A stretch of 64,000 nucleotides of DNA from Anaeromyxobacteraceae bacterium (GCA_047602405.1 JASGHJ010000002.1:1120001-1184000), one strand, 5' to 3'. Shown: positions 1 through 10,730, counted from the stretch's first letter. Program-made: numbers and translations. Notes: generated from the sequence alone by a model not told the origin.

Positions 1-645
1 AGGCTCCGCCTGCCTCAACCCCTCCCTCGCGACCCTCAGATCCGCCGCCAGGGCCTCGAATCCCGCCCGGCGCGCGGCGTCGTCCGGCGCGCGCAGCACG
101 GCCGAGGGGTGCACCGTCACGAGCGCGAGCGGCGCGAGGGGCGACGCCAGGGGCCGCCCGCGGTCCCGCGTCACCCGCACCGCGGCCCCGAACAGCGCCG
201 CCGCCGCCGTCGCCCCGAGCGCCACGATCACGCTGGGCCGCAGCGCTTCCAGCTCCGCCTCGAGCCACGGCCTGCAGGCGAGGATCTCGCCAGGGTCCGG
301 CTTCTGGTGGATGCGGCGCTTCCCGCGCGCCACCCACTTGAAGTGCTTCACGGCGTTCGTGACGTAGGCGGACGCGCGGGGGATGCCCGCGCGCTCGAGC
401 GCGCGGTCGAGGAGGCGCCCGGCCGGGCCGACGAACGGCAGGCCCGCGCGGTCCTCCTCGTCGCCCGGCTGCTCTCCGACGAGGACGATCGGGGCGTGCG
501 CGGGCCCGGACCCGAAGACCGTCTGCGTGCCACGCTCCCAGAGCGGGCAGCCCTGGCAGCCGCGCGCCGCCTCGGCGAGCGCGAGGAGCCCGCCCTCCGG
601 CGGGAGCCACGGCCTCGCGGTGGGGTAGGGGCTCGCCCGGGCCAC
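1..645 (-). CDS. udgX: UdgX-family uracil-DNA glycosylase / uracil-DNA binding protein (3' end runs off the window)
   Basis: Hand translation from GTG at 645 gives CQGCPLW...VFGSG...GEQPGDEED...PFVGPAG...TNAVKHFKWVARGKRRIHQKP...C.PWL...VHPS. This has family-4 UDG Fe-S cysteines plus the KRRIH loop diagnostic of UdgX. Not in the ORF track because there is no stop in the window. Confidence 0.9.
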   Translation of the reverse strand, partial: MARASPYPTARPWLPPEGGLLALAEAARGCQGCPLWERGTQTVFGSGPAHAPIVLVGEQPGDEEDRAGLPFVGPAGRLLDRALERAGIPRASAYVTNAVKHFKWVARGKRRIHQKPDPGEILACRPWLEAELEALRPSVIVALGATAAAALFGAAVRVTRDRGRPLASPLAPLALVTVHPSAVLRAPDDAARRAGFEALAADLRVAREGLRQAEP

Positions 646-706
646 GGGCGAACCCTGCGCATCGGGGCCGCGTCACGCCGCACGGGGGTGCGGCGCCGCC
701 CGGCGC

Positions 707-1147
707 TCAGGCCGCCGGCGCCGCGAGCGCCAGCCGCGCGAGCTCCCGCACGTTCGCGGGGCACTCGAGCGCGTCCAGGTCCGCCCCGGTCACCCAGCGC
801 GCGTCGTCGAACTCGTCGCACGCGGTGAGCTCGCGCGTGGCGACGTCCGCCACGAACGCGAAGTTCATGTGGAGCCCCTTCGAGCCGGCGGGGTGCTCCT
901 CGTAGCCGACGAGGCCGGGAGGGGAGCCGGTGACCCCCAGGCCCGCCGGGAACCGGCCCTCGAGGCCGGTCTCCTCGCGGAGCTCGCGGCGGGCGGCCTC
1001 GAGCGGCGTCTCGCCGGGCTCGACCTCGCCGCCGACGGGCAGCCAGGTGCCGAGCCGCCTGTGGCGGATGACGAGGAGCGCACCGCCGTGGCGGCAGAGG
1101 ATGGAGACCGAGAAGGCGCGGCGGGCCGGGGGCGTGGTGGCGGTCAC
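707..1147 (-). CDS. NUDIX hydrolase
   Basis: Nudix box GGEVEPGETPLEAARRELREETGL. The GTG start overlaps the RND stop (GTGA). Confidence 0.9.
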   Translation of the reverse strand: MTATTPPARRAFSVSILCRHGGALLVIRHRRLGTWLPVGGEVEPGETPLEAARRELREETGLEGRFPAGLGVTGSPPGLVGYEEHPAGSKGLHMNFAFVADVATRELTACDEFDDARWVTGADLDALECPANVRELARLALAAPAA

Positions 1148-4100
1148 GGCAGCGCCTCCCGGGCGGCGACGCCGTGGGGCGGGGTGGCGACCCCGGACCC
1201 CGGCCCGGCACCGGCGGCGCGCGGCGTGGCGCCACCGCCGCCCGTCCCCGTCGCGCCGCGGAGCCGTGCGCGCAGCTTCTCCACCCAGACGAAGACGACC
1301 GGCACGAGCCACAGGGTCAGCATGGTGGAGGTGAGCACGCCGCCGATGACCGCGATGGCCATCGGGGAGCGGAACTCCGAGCCCATCCCGGTGCCGAGCG
1401 CGGTGGGCAGCATGCCGAGGATCATCGCGGCGCTCGTCATGAGGATCGGGCGGAGCCGGCGCGGGCCGGCCTTGCGCATCGCCTCCTCCGCGCCGTCCCC
1501 GTCGTCGCGCATGTGCTGGAGCGCCCCGTCGACGAGGAGGATCGCGTTCTTCGTCACGAGGCCCATGAGCAGGATGAGCCCGATGAGCGAGCCGATGTTG
1601 ATGCTCTTCCCCGTGGCGCCGAGGCCCAGGAACGCGCCGACGAAGGCGAGGGGGAGGGCCATCATGATGGTGAACGGGTGCACGAGCGACTCGAACTGGC
1701 TCGCGAGCACGATGAAGATGAAGATCACCGCGATCCCGAGCGCGAGCCCCATGGCCGAGTTGGTCTCGCCCATGTCCTTCTGCATGCCGTCGAAGATGTA
1801 GAAGTAGCCCGCCGGCAGCCCCTTCCCGTCGAGCTTCTGCTTCAGCATCGCGGAGGCGCCGCCGAGGTCGGCGCCGGGCGCCATCTGCGCCCAGACCGAG
1901 ATCTGCCGCTCGCGCTGCTCGTGCTCGATGACCGCCGGGCCGGTCGAGGGCCGCAGGCTCGCGAGCTGCCCGAGCGAGACCTGTCCCTTCGCCGCCTGGA
2001 TCCGAATCCGCCCGAGGGCCTCCTGCGACTCGCGGTCCTCGCCGGCGAGCCGGACCCGGATGTCCGACTCGCGCCGGCCCTCGCGGAGCTTCCCGGCCAC
2101 CTCGCCCTGCGTGGCGAGGCGCACCTGCTGGGCGACGAGGCCCGCCGGCACGCCCGCCCGGGCCGCCTCCTCGCGGTCGACCGCGACCTGGAGCTCGGGC
2201 TTGCCGGGGCTGTCCTTCAGCTGGATGTCGGCGAGGCCCGGCACCGTCCGCATCACCTCGATCATCCGCGCGGCCTCCTTGCGGAGGACGTCGAAGTCGC
2301 GGCCGACCACCCGCATCAGCACCGGTGGCCAGTCGCCGAGCCCCTCCAGCGTGGGCGGGTCGGAGACGGCGGAGGTGAGGAGGAGCCGGTCCTTCGCGAG
2401 GATCGCGCGGATCTTCTCCTTGTAGCGCTCGTCCGACTCCGCGCGGGCGTTCTTGTCCACGAGGTTCACGCGCCAGCGCGCGAGCCGCACGTCCTCGGAG
2501 GGCCCGATGACCGCGTACACGGCGGCGACGCCGGGCAGCTCCCGCACCGCCTTCTCGAGGGCGCCGGAGCGGGCCGAGGAGGTGGGGAGGCTCGTGCCCG
2601 GCGGGTACTCGAGGTTCACGACGAGCTGGTTGCGGTCCTCGTTCGGGAGGAACTCGGAGCCGAGCGCGCCCGCCACGCCGAGGCTTCCGACGAACAGCAG
2701 CGTCGCGGCGGCGGCGGTGAGCACCTTGTGGCGGAGCACCCAGTCGAGCGTCCGTGCGTAGATCCGGTCGTTCGCGTCGAAGAACGCCCGGATGCGGGTC
2801 GCGACCGGCCCGCTCGCCTCGTGGGCCCCCCCGGGCCGGCGCGCCCTCGCGAGCCGCGCCGAGAGCATCGGGTCGAGCGTGAAGGCGATGAAGAGCGAGA
2901 TGAGCACCGCCACCGAGATGGTGAGGCCGAACTCGCGGAAGAACTGGCCGACGATGCCGGACATGAAGGCGACCGGCACGAACACGGCGACGAGCGTGAA
3001 GGTGGTCGCCATGACCGCGAGCGCGATCTCGCGGGTGCCCTCGCTGGCGGCCGTGGCCGGGTCCTGGCCGGCCTCGAGCCGGCGGGTGATCGACTCGCGC
3101 ACGACGACCGCGTCGTCGATGAGGAGGCCGATGGCGAGGGACAGCCCCAGCAGCGTGAGCTGGTTGAGCGAGAAGCCCATCGCGTACATCGCGAAGAGGG
3201 TGCCGATGACGGAGGTGGGCAGGGCGAGCGACGAGATGAACGTGCCGCGCCCGTCGAGGAGGAACACGAGGATGATGAGGATCGCCATCGCGCCGCCGAA
3301 GAAGATGGCGATCCAGACCTCGTGGGCGTTCGCCTCGATGGTGACGGCCTGGTCGATGAGGATCTGGGCCTGGAAGCGGTGCTGGGCCTCGAGCTCCGGG
3401 AGGAGCTTCTTGACCGCGTTCGCGACGACCGCGGTGTTCGCGCCGGCCTGCTTCACGACCTCGAGCGAGACCGACTCGACGCCGTTCGTGCGGACGATGG
3501 TGCGGACCTCCTTCGGGCCCGCGCGGACGAGCGCCACGTCGCCGAGCCGGACGAGCGAGCCGTCCGGGCCGGTGGCGACCGGCATGGCGCGGATCTCGTC
3601 GACCGACTGGAACTCGCCCTTCACGCGCACGCCCACCTCGAGCGCGCCGGAGGGGTAGCGGCCGCCGGGGAGGTCGAGGTGCTCGGCCTGGATCCGCTGG
3701 AACACCGCGCTCGGCGTGAGTCCCAGGGGGGAGAGCCGCTCCGGGAAGAGCTCGACCAGCACCTCGGGCTCGGCGCCGCCCTGGATCCGCACCGCGGCGA
3801 CGCCGTCGAGCTGCTCGATGCGCGGCCGGACCCGGTCGTTGAGGAGCTCCCGGAACGCGACCGGGTCGGCGCCGGACGCGGCCGAGAACACGAGCACCGG
3901 CTGGGCCGAGATGTCGTACTGGGCGATGACCGGCTGCTCGGACCCGAGCGGCAGCTGGCCCTGCGCGATGCCCACCTTGTCGCGGGCGTTCTGCACCGCC
4001 TGCCCGATCGGCACCGAGAGCTTGAACTGGATGAAGACGAGCGAGACGTTCTCGCGGGAGAGCGAGAAGACCCGGTCGACGCCGGCGATCGAGGAGACCG

Positions 4101-4308
4101 CGTCCTCGATCGGGCGGGTGATCGACTCCTCCACGTCCTCGGGGCTCGCGCCCGGGTAGACCGTGGAGACCGTGACGAAGGGGAAGGTGACGTCCGGGTA
4201 GAGGTCGGTGCCGAGGCGCCGGTACCCGAGGATCCCGAGCACGATCAGCGTCACCGACATCATGGCCGTGAAGACCGGCCGCCGGATGGCGACGTCGGAG
4301 ATCGTCAC
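1144..4308 (-). CDS. RND efflux permease (AcrB/AcrD/AcrF family)
   Basis: Starts VTISDVAIRRPVFT and contains GLLIDDAVVVRESI, GLVTKNAILLVD, RLRPILMTS. About 1050 aa, coupled to the MFP stop. Confidence 0.95.
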   Translation of the reverse strand: MTISDVAIRRPVFTAMMSVTLIVLGILGYRRLGTDLYPDVTFPFVTVSTVYPGASPEDVEESITRPIEDAVSSIAGVDRVFSLSRENVSLVFIQFKLSVPIGQAVQNARDKVGIAQGQLPLGSEQPVIAQYDISAQPVLVFSAASGADPVAFRELLNDRVRPRIEQLDGVAAVRIQGGAEPEVLVELFPERLSPLGLTPSAVFQRIQAEHLDLPGGRYPSGALEVGVRVKGEFQSVDEIRAMPVATGPDGSLVRLGDVALVRAGPKEVRTIVRTNGVESVSLEVVKQAGANTAVVANAVKKLLPELEAQHRFQAQILIDQAVTIEANAHEVWIAIFFGGAMAILIILVFLLDGRGTFISSLALPTSVIGTLFAMYAMGFSLNQLTLLGLSLAIGLLIDDAVVVRESITRRLEAGQDPATAASEGTREIALAVMATTFTLVAVFVPVAFMSGIVGQFFREFGLTISVAVLISLFIAFTLDPMLSARLARARRPGGAHEASGPVATRIRAFFDANDRIYARTLDWVLRHKVLTAAAATLLFVGSLGVAGALGSEFLPNEDRNQLVVNLEYPPGTSLPTSSARSGALEKAVRELPGVAAVYAVIGPSEDVRLARWRVNLVDKNARAESDERYKEKIRAILAKDRLLLTSAVSDPPTLEGLGDWPPVLMRVVGRDFDVLRKEAARMIEVMRTVPGLADIQLKDSPGKPELQVAVDREEAARAGVPAGLVAQQVRLATQGEVAGKLREGRRESDIRVRLAGEDRESQEALGRIRIQAAKGQVSLGQLASLRPSTGPAVIEHEQRERQISVWAQMAPGADLGGASAMLKQKLDGKGLPAGYFYIFDGMQKDMGETNSAMGLALGIAVIFIFIVLASQFESLVHPFTIMMALPLAFVGAFLGLGATGKSINIGSLIGLILLMGLVTKNAILLVDGALQHMRDDGDGAEEAMRKAGPRRLRPILMTSAAMILGMLPTALGTGMGSEFRSPMAIAVIGGVLTSTMLTLWLVPVVFVWVEKLRARLRGATGTGGGGATPRAAGAGPGSGVATPPHGVAAREALP

Positions 4309-5426
4309 GGCGCGGCCTCCGCCACGACCGTCCCCTCGGCGATGCCGACCGGGGGCCGGGCGACGACCTTCAGGCCCTTGGGCCAGCCACCGGGCGCGGA
4401 CACCACCGCCGCGTCGCCCTCCTCCGCGAGGAGCCGCACCGCGAGCGCGCGGGCCTTGCCGTCGCCCGCTGCCACCCAGACCGCGAACCCGCCGTCGCGC
4501 TGCACGAGCGCGGCCGCCGGCACGCGCCAGGCGTCGCGCTCCGCGCCCTTCCCGAGCTCGGCGCGGGCGTGGGCGTTCGGGAGGAAGGCGCCGTCGTCGT
4601 TCGGGACCTCGATCTCGACGGGGACGCGGTTCGTCCCGGCCTCGACCGCCGGGACGACCGCCGTCACGGTGGCCTTCTCGGTGCGCGCGCCGGTCGCCGG
4701 CACGTGGACCACCGCCCGGGCGCCGGCCCTCACCTCGGCGGCCTCCTCCTGCGTCAGCGAGGTCTCGAGGACGAGCGTGCGGGTCGCGAGCAGCGTGACG
4801 AGCGGCATCCCGGCGGCGACGGTCACGCCCGTGCCGTCGGGGATGCGCGTGACGACCCCGGCGAAGGGCGCGCGCAGGACGTGGTGGTCGAGGTTGACCT
4901 GCGCCTGGCGGAGCTGCGCGGCGGCGGCCTGGACCTGCGCCGCCGCGAGGTCGCGCTGGGCGCGGGCCTGCACGGCCTGGGACTCGCTCGCGCCGTCCTC
5001 GGCCTTGATGCGGGTGAGGCGGGCGAGGCCGTCCTCGGCCAGGGCGAGCTGGGCCTTCGCCGCGGCGAGGCCGGCCTCGGCCTGCGCGACCTGCGCGGAG
5101 GCGAGGTCGGCATCCAGCGCCGCGAGGAGGGTGCCCTGCTTCACCTCGGCGCCGCGCGCGACCGCGACCCTGGCGAGGATGCCGGAGGCCGCCATGGCGA
5201 GCGGCGAGGCCTGGCGCGCCTTGAGCGTCCCGCTCGCGAGGACCTTCGGCGCGTGCCGCACGGGCTCGGGATCGACGAGGCGCGCGCCCGCGGCGGCGGC
5301 CGGGGCGGCGGCGGCCGGCGGAGCGCCTCCGGCAGGCGCGGCCGGGGCGGCGGGGGCGTCCTTCCGGGCGCAGGCGGCCGCCAGGGCCAGGGCGGCGAGG
5401 GCGAGGCGGAGTGCGACGCGGCGCAT
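4305..5426 (-). CDS. RND efflux membrane fusion protein (periplasmic adaptor, lipoprotein)
   Basis: LAAAC lipobox, lipoyl/hairpin pattern, LRAPFAGVV; directly upstream of the RND gene. Confidence 0.92.
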   Translation of the reverse strand: MRRVALRLALAALALAAACARKDAPAAPAAPAGGAPPAAAAPAAAAGARLVDPEPVRHAPKVLASGTLKARQASPLAMAASGILARVAVARGAEVKQGTLLAALDADLASAQVAQAEAGLAAAKAQLALAEDGLARLTRIKAEDGASESQAVQARAQRDLAAAQVQAAAAQLRQAQVNLDHHVLRAPFAGVVTRIPDGTGVTVAAGMPLVTLLATRTLVLETSLTQEEAAEVRAGARAVVHVPATGARTEKATVTAVVPAVEAGTNRVPVEIEVPNDDGAFLPNAHARAELGKGAERDAWRVPAAALVQRDGGFAVWVAAGDGKARALAVRLLAEEGDAAVVSAPGGWPKGLKVVARPPVGIAEGTVVAEAAP

Positions 5427-5438
5427 GCGGGTCTCTCC

Positions 5439-6113
5439 TCAGCGTGAGATTCGTGACCGGCGGGTCATCCGGGGCGGGGCGGCGGCCGGGGTGGGGCCGA
5501 GCACGCCCTGGTAGAAGACGGCGAGGAACGAGCGGGCCCACGCCTCGAGATCGGGCCGGGCCGCGAGGTCGGACATCCGGCGCCCGAAGGCCTCGTAGGC
5601 GCCGACGATCATGTCGGAGAGCTGGTCGGGATCGACGTCCCGGCGCAGGGCGCCGGTGCCCTGCTGGTCGCGGAGCCGCCCGGCGACCAGCGTGCGGATG
5701 CGGCGGCGGAAGTCGGCCACGAGCCGCGCGTTGCCCGCGCCCGCGCTGTCGAAGGCGGCGAGGAGCTGGCGGTTGCGCCAGAGCGTCTCGAGCAGCTCCA
5801 CGTCGAGGCGCACGTCGAACGCCATGCGGCGGGCGAACGCCTCCGGGCCCTCCGGCGCCCAGGTCGCGCAGAAGCCCTCCTCCGCCTCGTGGCGGCGGCG
5901 GGCGTGCTCCTCGAGCGCGCCGAGCAGTCGCTGAAGGAGCTCGCCGAAGGCCTCCTCCTTGGTCGAGAAGTGCAGGTAGAAGGCGCCCTTCGAGATGCCG
6001 GCGCGCCGCGCGATGTCCTCGACGCGCGCGCCGTCGACGCCCTTCTTGCCGAACTCGGCGCGGGCGGCCTCGAGGAGGCTCTCGCGGGCGTCCGGACGAG
6101 GGGGGCGTGCCAT
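5439..6113 (-). CDS. TetR/AcrR family transcriptional regulator
   Basis: HTH LLEAARAEFGKKGVDGARVEDIARRAGISKGAFYLHFSTKEE; ATG at 6113. Confidence 0.92.
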   Translation of the reverse strand: MARPPRPDARESLLEAARAEFGKKGVDGARVEDIARRAGISKGAFYLHFSTKEEAFGELLQRLLGALEEHARRRHEAEEGFCATWAPEGPEAFARRMAFDVRLDVELLETLWRNRQLLAAFDSAGAGNARLVADFRRRIRTLVAGRLRDQQGTGALRRDVDPDQLSDMIVGAYEAFGRRMSDLAARPDLEAWARSFLAVFYQGVLGPTPAAAPPRMTRRSRISR

Positions 6114-6157
6114 GGCGCGGCTTGTACCGGGCCCGGCCGCCGGGCGCAAGGCATTCC

Positions 6158-6171
6158 TGACCGGCCGGTCA
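6158..6171. promoter_or_regulatory. Perfect 14-bp palindrome TGACCGGCCGGTCA, probable TetR operator
   Basis: Exact inverted repeat upstream of tetR, next to a possible TTGCGC-N17-TACAAG promoter on the minus strand. Confidence 0.65.
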
Positions 6172-6347
6172 TAAACACCCGCCGAGGGCGGGGCCCGCCC
6201 GGCCGGGGAGCCCGGGCCGTGCGCGCGCCGGCCGCGCGGCAGCCGGGCGCGTGCGGCACGCCGACGCGCGGCCCCATCTCGGTCGGCCGCGGGGTCCTTG
6301 CCTCGGATCCCCGCGGGGCGTCTGCTCGCATCACGGGGGAGCGAGAC

Positions 6348-6695
6348 GTGGACCTCCGGAGAGAAGTGGACGCGACCGCGGTGGACCCGCTCGAGCGGCT
6401 GCGGGGTGACGAGGCCACGCTCGCGGACGACGTCTCCCGGGCCCGCGCGTCCGCCGAGGCCGAGGTGGAGGCGGCCCGGCGCGAGGCCGAGCGGCTCGCC
6501 GCGGAGGCCCGGGCGGGCGCCGAGGCGGAGCGGGAGGTGGAGCGGGCGTCGGCGGAGGCCGCGCTCCGGCGCGAGGCGGAGGCGGCGGAGGCCGCGCGCG
6601 AGGTGGAGCGCGCCGCGCTGTGCGCGCGGGCCGCGGCGCGCCACGCCGAAGCCGTCGCGCGGGCCCTCGCGCTCGTGCTCGGGGAGGCGCCGTGA
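6348..6695 (+). CDS. A/V-type ATP synthase peripheral stalk subunit H/G-like
   Basis: Ala/Glu/Arg-rich coiled coil of about 115 aa. First gene of the operon; its stop overlaps the subunit I start. Confidence 0.7.
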   Translation: MDLRREVDATAVDPLERLRGDEATLADDVSRARASAEAEVEAARREAERLAAEARAGAEAEREVERASAEAALRREAEAAEAAREVERAALCARAAARHAEAVARALALVLGEAP

Positions 6696-8560
6696 TCCTC
6701 CCCATGGCCCAGGTCCGGCTGCTCGGGCCCCGCGACCTCCGGGAGCGCGCGCTCGCGTTCCTGCAGGAGCAGGGCGTCCTCGAGCTGCGCGCCCCCTCGG
6801 CCGCCGATCCCGGCGCGGTCCGGCCGCGGCCGGCCGATCCGCTCGGCGCCGGGCGCGAGGCCCGGCTCGAGGACCAGCGCGCGCGCGCGCTCGCGCTCGC
6901 GGAGCGCCTGCCGGCCGTGCCGCCGGGGCCACCCGCCGCGATGCCGCCGCCCGGCTCGCCCGAGCTCGCGGCGCGCCTCGCCGGGCTCGAGCTCGAGGTC
7001 GGGGCGCTCCTCGCCCGCCGCGCGGCGCTCGCGCAGGAGCGCGAGGAGGCGGAGCGGTTCGCGCGGCTCGTCGTCGCGCTCGCCCCCTTCCGCCACGCGC
7101 TCGACCCCGGGCTCGAGCCCGAGCTGCACGGCCTCGTGCTCCGCGCCGACCCGGAGGCGCTCGCGCTCCTCGAGCGCGAGGTGGCGCGGATCACCGGCGG
7201 GGCCTGCGAGGTGCGGTCGCGCACGCTCGATCCGGAGCACGTGGGCGTCCTCCTCGTGGTGCCCCGCGCGCACGGGCGGGCGGTCGGCGCGCTCCTCTTC
7301 GAGCGCGGGGTCGACGAGGTCCGGCTCCCGGCGCGCTGCGCGGGGGAGGGCATCTACGAGGTGCTCCTGAACCTCCACGCCCGCCTGCAGGAGCTCCCCG
7401 GCGAGCTCGCGGCGGCCGACGCCGAGCTCGCCCGGATGGCGGCGAGCTACGTCCCCGCGCTCGCGGCGGCCGCCGCCGAGGCCGCCTCGGCGCTCGCGCG
7501 GGAGCGCGCGGGGGCGCGCTGCGGGGAGACCCGCTTCGCGTTCGTGATCTCGGGCTACATGCCCGAGGAGCGGGTGGCGCCGCTGCGGGCGGCCGTCCAC
7601 GGGGCGCTCGGCGACCGGGTGGTCCTCCTCTCCGCGCCGCCGCCCCGCGCCGCCTGGGCGGACGTGCCGGTCGTGCTCCGGAACGGCCCCGCGGTGCGCC
7701 CCTTCGAGCGGCTGCTCGCGCTCGTCCCGCTGCCCCGCTACGGGTCGATCGACCCGACCCCGTGGCTCGCGGTGTTCTTCCCGCTCTTCTTCGGGCTCGT
7801 GCTCGGCGACGTCGCCTTCGGCGTGCTCGGCCTCGCGGTGGCGCTCGCGCTGCGGTGGCGGAGGGTGGGCGGCCCGCTCGGGCGGGATCTCGCCGCCGTC
7901 GCGGCGGCCTGCTCGGCGAGCGCGCTCGCCTTCGGCGTCCTCTTCGGCGAGGCGCTCGGGGCGCTCGGCGAGCACGTGGGCCTCCACCCGCTCCTCATGG
8001 ATCGCCGCGGCCGGGTGCTCGAGTTCCTCGCGCTCGCGCTCGGGGTCGGCGCCGTCCACGTCGCGGTCGGCATGGCGCTCGGCGTGGCCGGCGCGGTCCG
8101 GGCCGGTCACCGGCGCGAGGCGATCGCCCGGGCGGGCCGGCTCCTGCTCCTGCTCGCGGCGGCGGTGCTCGCCGCCGCGCTCGGCGGCGCCCTGCCGCGG
8201 CCGTTCGCGACCGGCGCGGCGGTGGTGGCCGGGGCGGGGCTCCTCGCGGCGGTCCTCGCCGAGGGGCCGATGGCCGCCCTCGACGTCGTGCTCGGCCTCG
8301 GGCACGTGCTCTCGTACGCCCGCCTCATGGCGCTCGGCCTCGCGTCGGTCCTCCTCGCCGAGGTGGCGAACCTGGTGGCCGGCGCGCTCAGGCCCGCGGC
8401 GGCGGGGCTCGCGGTCGCGGTGCTCCTGCACGCGGTCAACTTCACCCTGGGGCTCATCAGCCCGACCGTGGCGGCGCTCCGCCTCCACTACGTGGAGTTC
8501 TTCGAGAAGTTCTACGACGCGGGGGGCGAGCCCTACCGACCCTTCGCGCGCACCGGGTGA
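6692..8560 (+). CDS. ntpI: A/V-type ATP synthase subunit I (a)
   Basis: PRYGSIDPTP, FFGLVLGD, LSYARLMALGLA, LRLHYVEFFEKFY. Confidence 0.95.
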   Translation: MILPMAQVRLLGPRDLRERALAFLQEQGVLELRAPSAADPGAVRPRPADPLGAGREARLEDQRARALALAERLPAVPPGPPAAMPPPGSPELAARLAGLELEVGALLARRAALAQEREEAERFARLVVALAPFRHALDPGLEPELHGLVLRADPEALALLEREVARITGGACEVRSRTLDPEHVGVLLVVPRAHGRAVGALLFERGVDEVRLPARCAGEGIYEVLLNLHARLQELPGELAAADAELARMAASYVPALAAAAAEAASALARERAGARCGETRFAFVISGYMPEERVAPLRAAVHGALGDRVVLLSAPPPRAAWADVPVVLRNGPAVRPFERLLALVPLPRYGSIDPTPWLAVFFPLFFGLVLGDVAFGVLGLAVALALRWRRVGGPLGRDLAAVAAACSASALAFGVLFGEALGALGEHVGLHPLLMDRRGRVLEFLALALGVGAVHVAVGMALGVAGAVRAGHRREAIARAGRLLLLLAAAVLAAALGGALPRPFATGAAVVAGAGLLAAVLAEGPMAALDVVLGLGHVLSYARLMALGLASVLLAEVANLVAGALRPAAAGLAVAVLLHAVNFTLGLISPTVAALRLHYVEFFEKFYDAGGEPYRPFARTG

Positions 8561-8573
8561 GAGGAGGTCGACC

Positions 8574-8789
8574 GTGGAGAAGCTCTTCCTGGCAGCGAGC
8601 GCGGCGGCGGCGATCGGGGTCGCGGCGGTGGCGACGGCCTGGGTCCAGTCCCGGATCGGCGCGGCGGGCGCGGGCGCGCTCGCGGAGAAGCCGGAGGTGC
8701 GCGGCACCATCATCGTGATGCTCGCCATCCCCGAGACCATCGTCATCCTCGGGTTCGTGGTGGCCGTCCTCATCCTCACCGGAGGCTGA
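8574..8789 (+). CDS. ntpK: A/V-type ATP synthase subunit K (c), single hairpin
   Basis: 71 aa, two TM helices, [14 protein letters not shown] and ion-binding AIPET. Confidence 0.93.
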   Translation: MEKLFLAASAAAAIGVAAVATAWVQSRIGAAGAGALAEKPEVRGTIIVMLAIPETIVILGFVVAVLILTGG

Positions 8790-8790
8790 C

Positions 8791-9411
8791 GTGGCCTACG
8801 ACGCGCTGCTCCGCGTCGTGGCGGAGGAGGCCGCGCACGAGGTGGAGCGGATCCGGGAGGTCGCCCGCCGCGAGGCGGGGCGCATCGTCGACGAGGCGCG
8901 CGCGGCGGCGTCGACCGCGCGGGAGGCCGTCGTGGCCCGCGAGCGCGAGGCCGGCGCGGCGCGCCTGCGGGCCGCGCGGGAGCGGCTCGTCCTCACGCGG
9001 GAGCGGGCGCTCCTCGCCGAGCAGCGCCGGCTGCTCGCGGCCGTCGAGGCCGAGGTGCGCGGCCGGCTCGCGGCGGCCGGCGGCACCGCCCTCGACGCCC
9101 GCCTCCTCGCGGCGCTCGTGCCGGAGCTCCCCGCGGGGCCGCTCGAGGTCGAGGTGGACCCCGGCGCCGCCGCGGCCGCCCGCGAGGCGCTCGTGCGGCT
9201 CGCCCCCGCGGCTGCCGCGCGCGCGCGCTTCCGCGAGGTCGAGGCGCCGCGCGGCGGCGTCGCGGTGCGGGGCGGCCGCCTCGTGCTCGACGCGACCCTG
9301 CCGGCGCGGCTCGAGCGGGCCTGGCCCGCGCTGGAGCTCGAGCTCGCGCGGCTCCTGTTCGGGGAGCACCCGGCGCCGCCCGCCGGGGAGCCCGGGGCGG
9401 TGCCCGGGTGA
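8791..9411 (+). CDS. ntpE: A/V-type ATP synthase subunit E
   Basis: N-terminal coiled coil, C-terminal GGV...DATL..RL; operon position. Confidence 0.82.
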   Translation: MAYDALLRVVAEEAAHEVERIREVARREAGRIVDEARAAASTAREAVVAREREAGAARLRAARERLVLTRERALLAEQRRLLAAVEAEVRGRLAAAGGTALDARLLAALVPELPAGPLEVEVDPGAAAAAREALVRLAPAAAARARFREVEAPRGGVAVRGGRLVLDATLPARLERAWPALELELARLLFGEHPAPPAGEPGAVPG

Positions 9412-10355
9412 GGCTCGACCTCGCGAACGCGCGGCTCGGCGCGCGCCGGGCGCGGCTCCTCGGCCGGGAGGGGCTGCTCGAGCTCCTCGCGCGCGGCGCG
9501 GGCGAGCGGGCCCCGGCGGCCGTCGAGGCGGCGCTGCGGGCCGCGCTGCGCGCCGAGGCCGCCGAGGTCCTCCGCTGGATCGAGGGTCCCCGGGCGCGCC
9601 GGCTCCTCTCGGCCTGGCTCTCGCTCGAGGAGGCGGAGGCCGTGAAGGCCATCGTCCGCGGGCTCGTCCACGGCGAGCGCGCGGACGCGATCCTGGCGGC
9701 GGCGCCCGCGACGCCCGCCCTCGGCGCGGAGGCGCTCCGGGCGGCGGTGGCCGCGCCCTCGGCGGAGCAGGCCCTCGGGCTCCTCGCGGCCGGCGGCAGC
9801 GAGGTCGCCGCGGCGGCGCTCGTGGCGCTCCGCGAGGCACCCTCCGCGCACCGTTCGCTCGTGCCGGTCGAGGTCGCCGCGGATCGGGCCGCGCTCGCGC
9901 GCGCCCGCGCGGCGGCCCGCGCGCGCGGGGAGGACGCCGGGGTGCTCGCCGCCCACCTCGCCGACCGCGTCGACGCCCGGAACGGCGCGACGCTGCTCCT
10001 CCTCGGGGACGCCGCCGCCGGGGAGGGTGCGCTGCTCGAAGGCGGCCGGCGGCTCGGCGCGGAGCTCCTGGCCCGCCTCGCGCGTGCACCGCTCGCGGAG
10101 CGGCGCGCCGCGCTCGAGGCGTGCCTGGGCCTCCCGGCCGCCGCGCTCGCCTCGCCCGCCCTCGCCGACCTCGCGCTCGAGCGGGCGGCGCTCGCGCCAC
10201 TCGTCCGGGCCGCGCGGGCGAGGCCGCTGTCCCTCGCGGTGCCGCTCGCCTACCTCGCGCTCCGGCGCGCGGAGGTCCGCAGGCAGGCGCTCGCGCTCCG
10301 CGCCCGCGCGCTCGGGCTGCCGGGCGACGAGGTCCTGCCGCTCCTGGAGGCCTGA
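9408..10355 (+). CDS. ntpC: A/V-type ATP synthase subunit C (d)
   Basis: [12 protein letters not shown] at the N-terminus and PLAYL..RRAEV at the C-terminus; operon position. Confidence 0.8.
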   Translation: MRLDLANARLGARRARLLGREGLLELLARGAGERAPAAVEAALRAALRAEAAEVLRWIEGPRARRLLSAWLSLEEAEAVKAIVRGLVHGERADAILAAAPATPALGAEALRAAVAAPSAEQALGLLAAGGSEVAAAALVALREAPSAHRSLVPVEVAADRAALARARAAARARGEDAGVLAAHLADRVDARNGATLLLLGDAAAGEGALLEGGRRLGAELLARLARAPLAERRAALEACLGLPAAALASPALADLALERAALAPLVRAARARPLSLAVPLAYLALRRAEVRRQALALRARALGLPGDEVLPLLEA

Positions 10356-10730
10356 ATGACCCCGCTCGCCACCGCCCCGCCGCGCCGCCCGCTCCACCTC
10401 GTCGTGGCCGTCCGGCCGGGCGACGCGCTCGGGTTCCGCCTCGCCGGCGCCGAGGTCGCGGCGCTCGCGGCGGGGGACGAGGCCGCCGACTGGAAGCGGG
10501 TGGCCGGGGACGCGGAGGTCGGCGTCCTCGCGATCGAGGAGGAGGTCCTCGCCGCGGTGCCGGAGCGGCTCGTCCGGCGGGCGCGGAGCCGGGGCCTGCC
10601 GGTGCTGCTCCCGTTCGCCCTGCCGCGCCGCTGGTCCGACGCGGGGAAGGGCCAGGCCTACGTCGCGGCCATCATCCGCCGCGCGGTCGGCTACGGCGTG
10701 AAGCTCGCGGGGCCGGGAGGGGAGCCATGA
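10356..10730 (+). CDS. ntpF: A/V-type ATP synthase subunit F
   Basis: GFRLAG and IRRAVG motifs. Confidence 0.88.
   Translation: MTPLATAPPRRPLHLVVAVRPGDALGFRLAGAEVAALAAGDEAADWKRVAGDAEVGVLAIEEEVLAAVPERLVRRARSRGLPVLLPFALPRRWSDAGKGQAYVAAIIRRAVGYGVKLAGPGGEP

Noticed and set aside
1174..5514. Very long ORFs such as 1174..5514(+), 27061..30999(+), 38963..43174(+), 39132..42791(-) and 5609..8779(-)
   Set aside because: Antisense or off-frame shadows of real genes in high-GC DNA; Arg/Gly/Pro-rich with no motifs.
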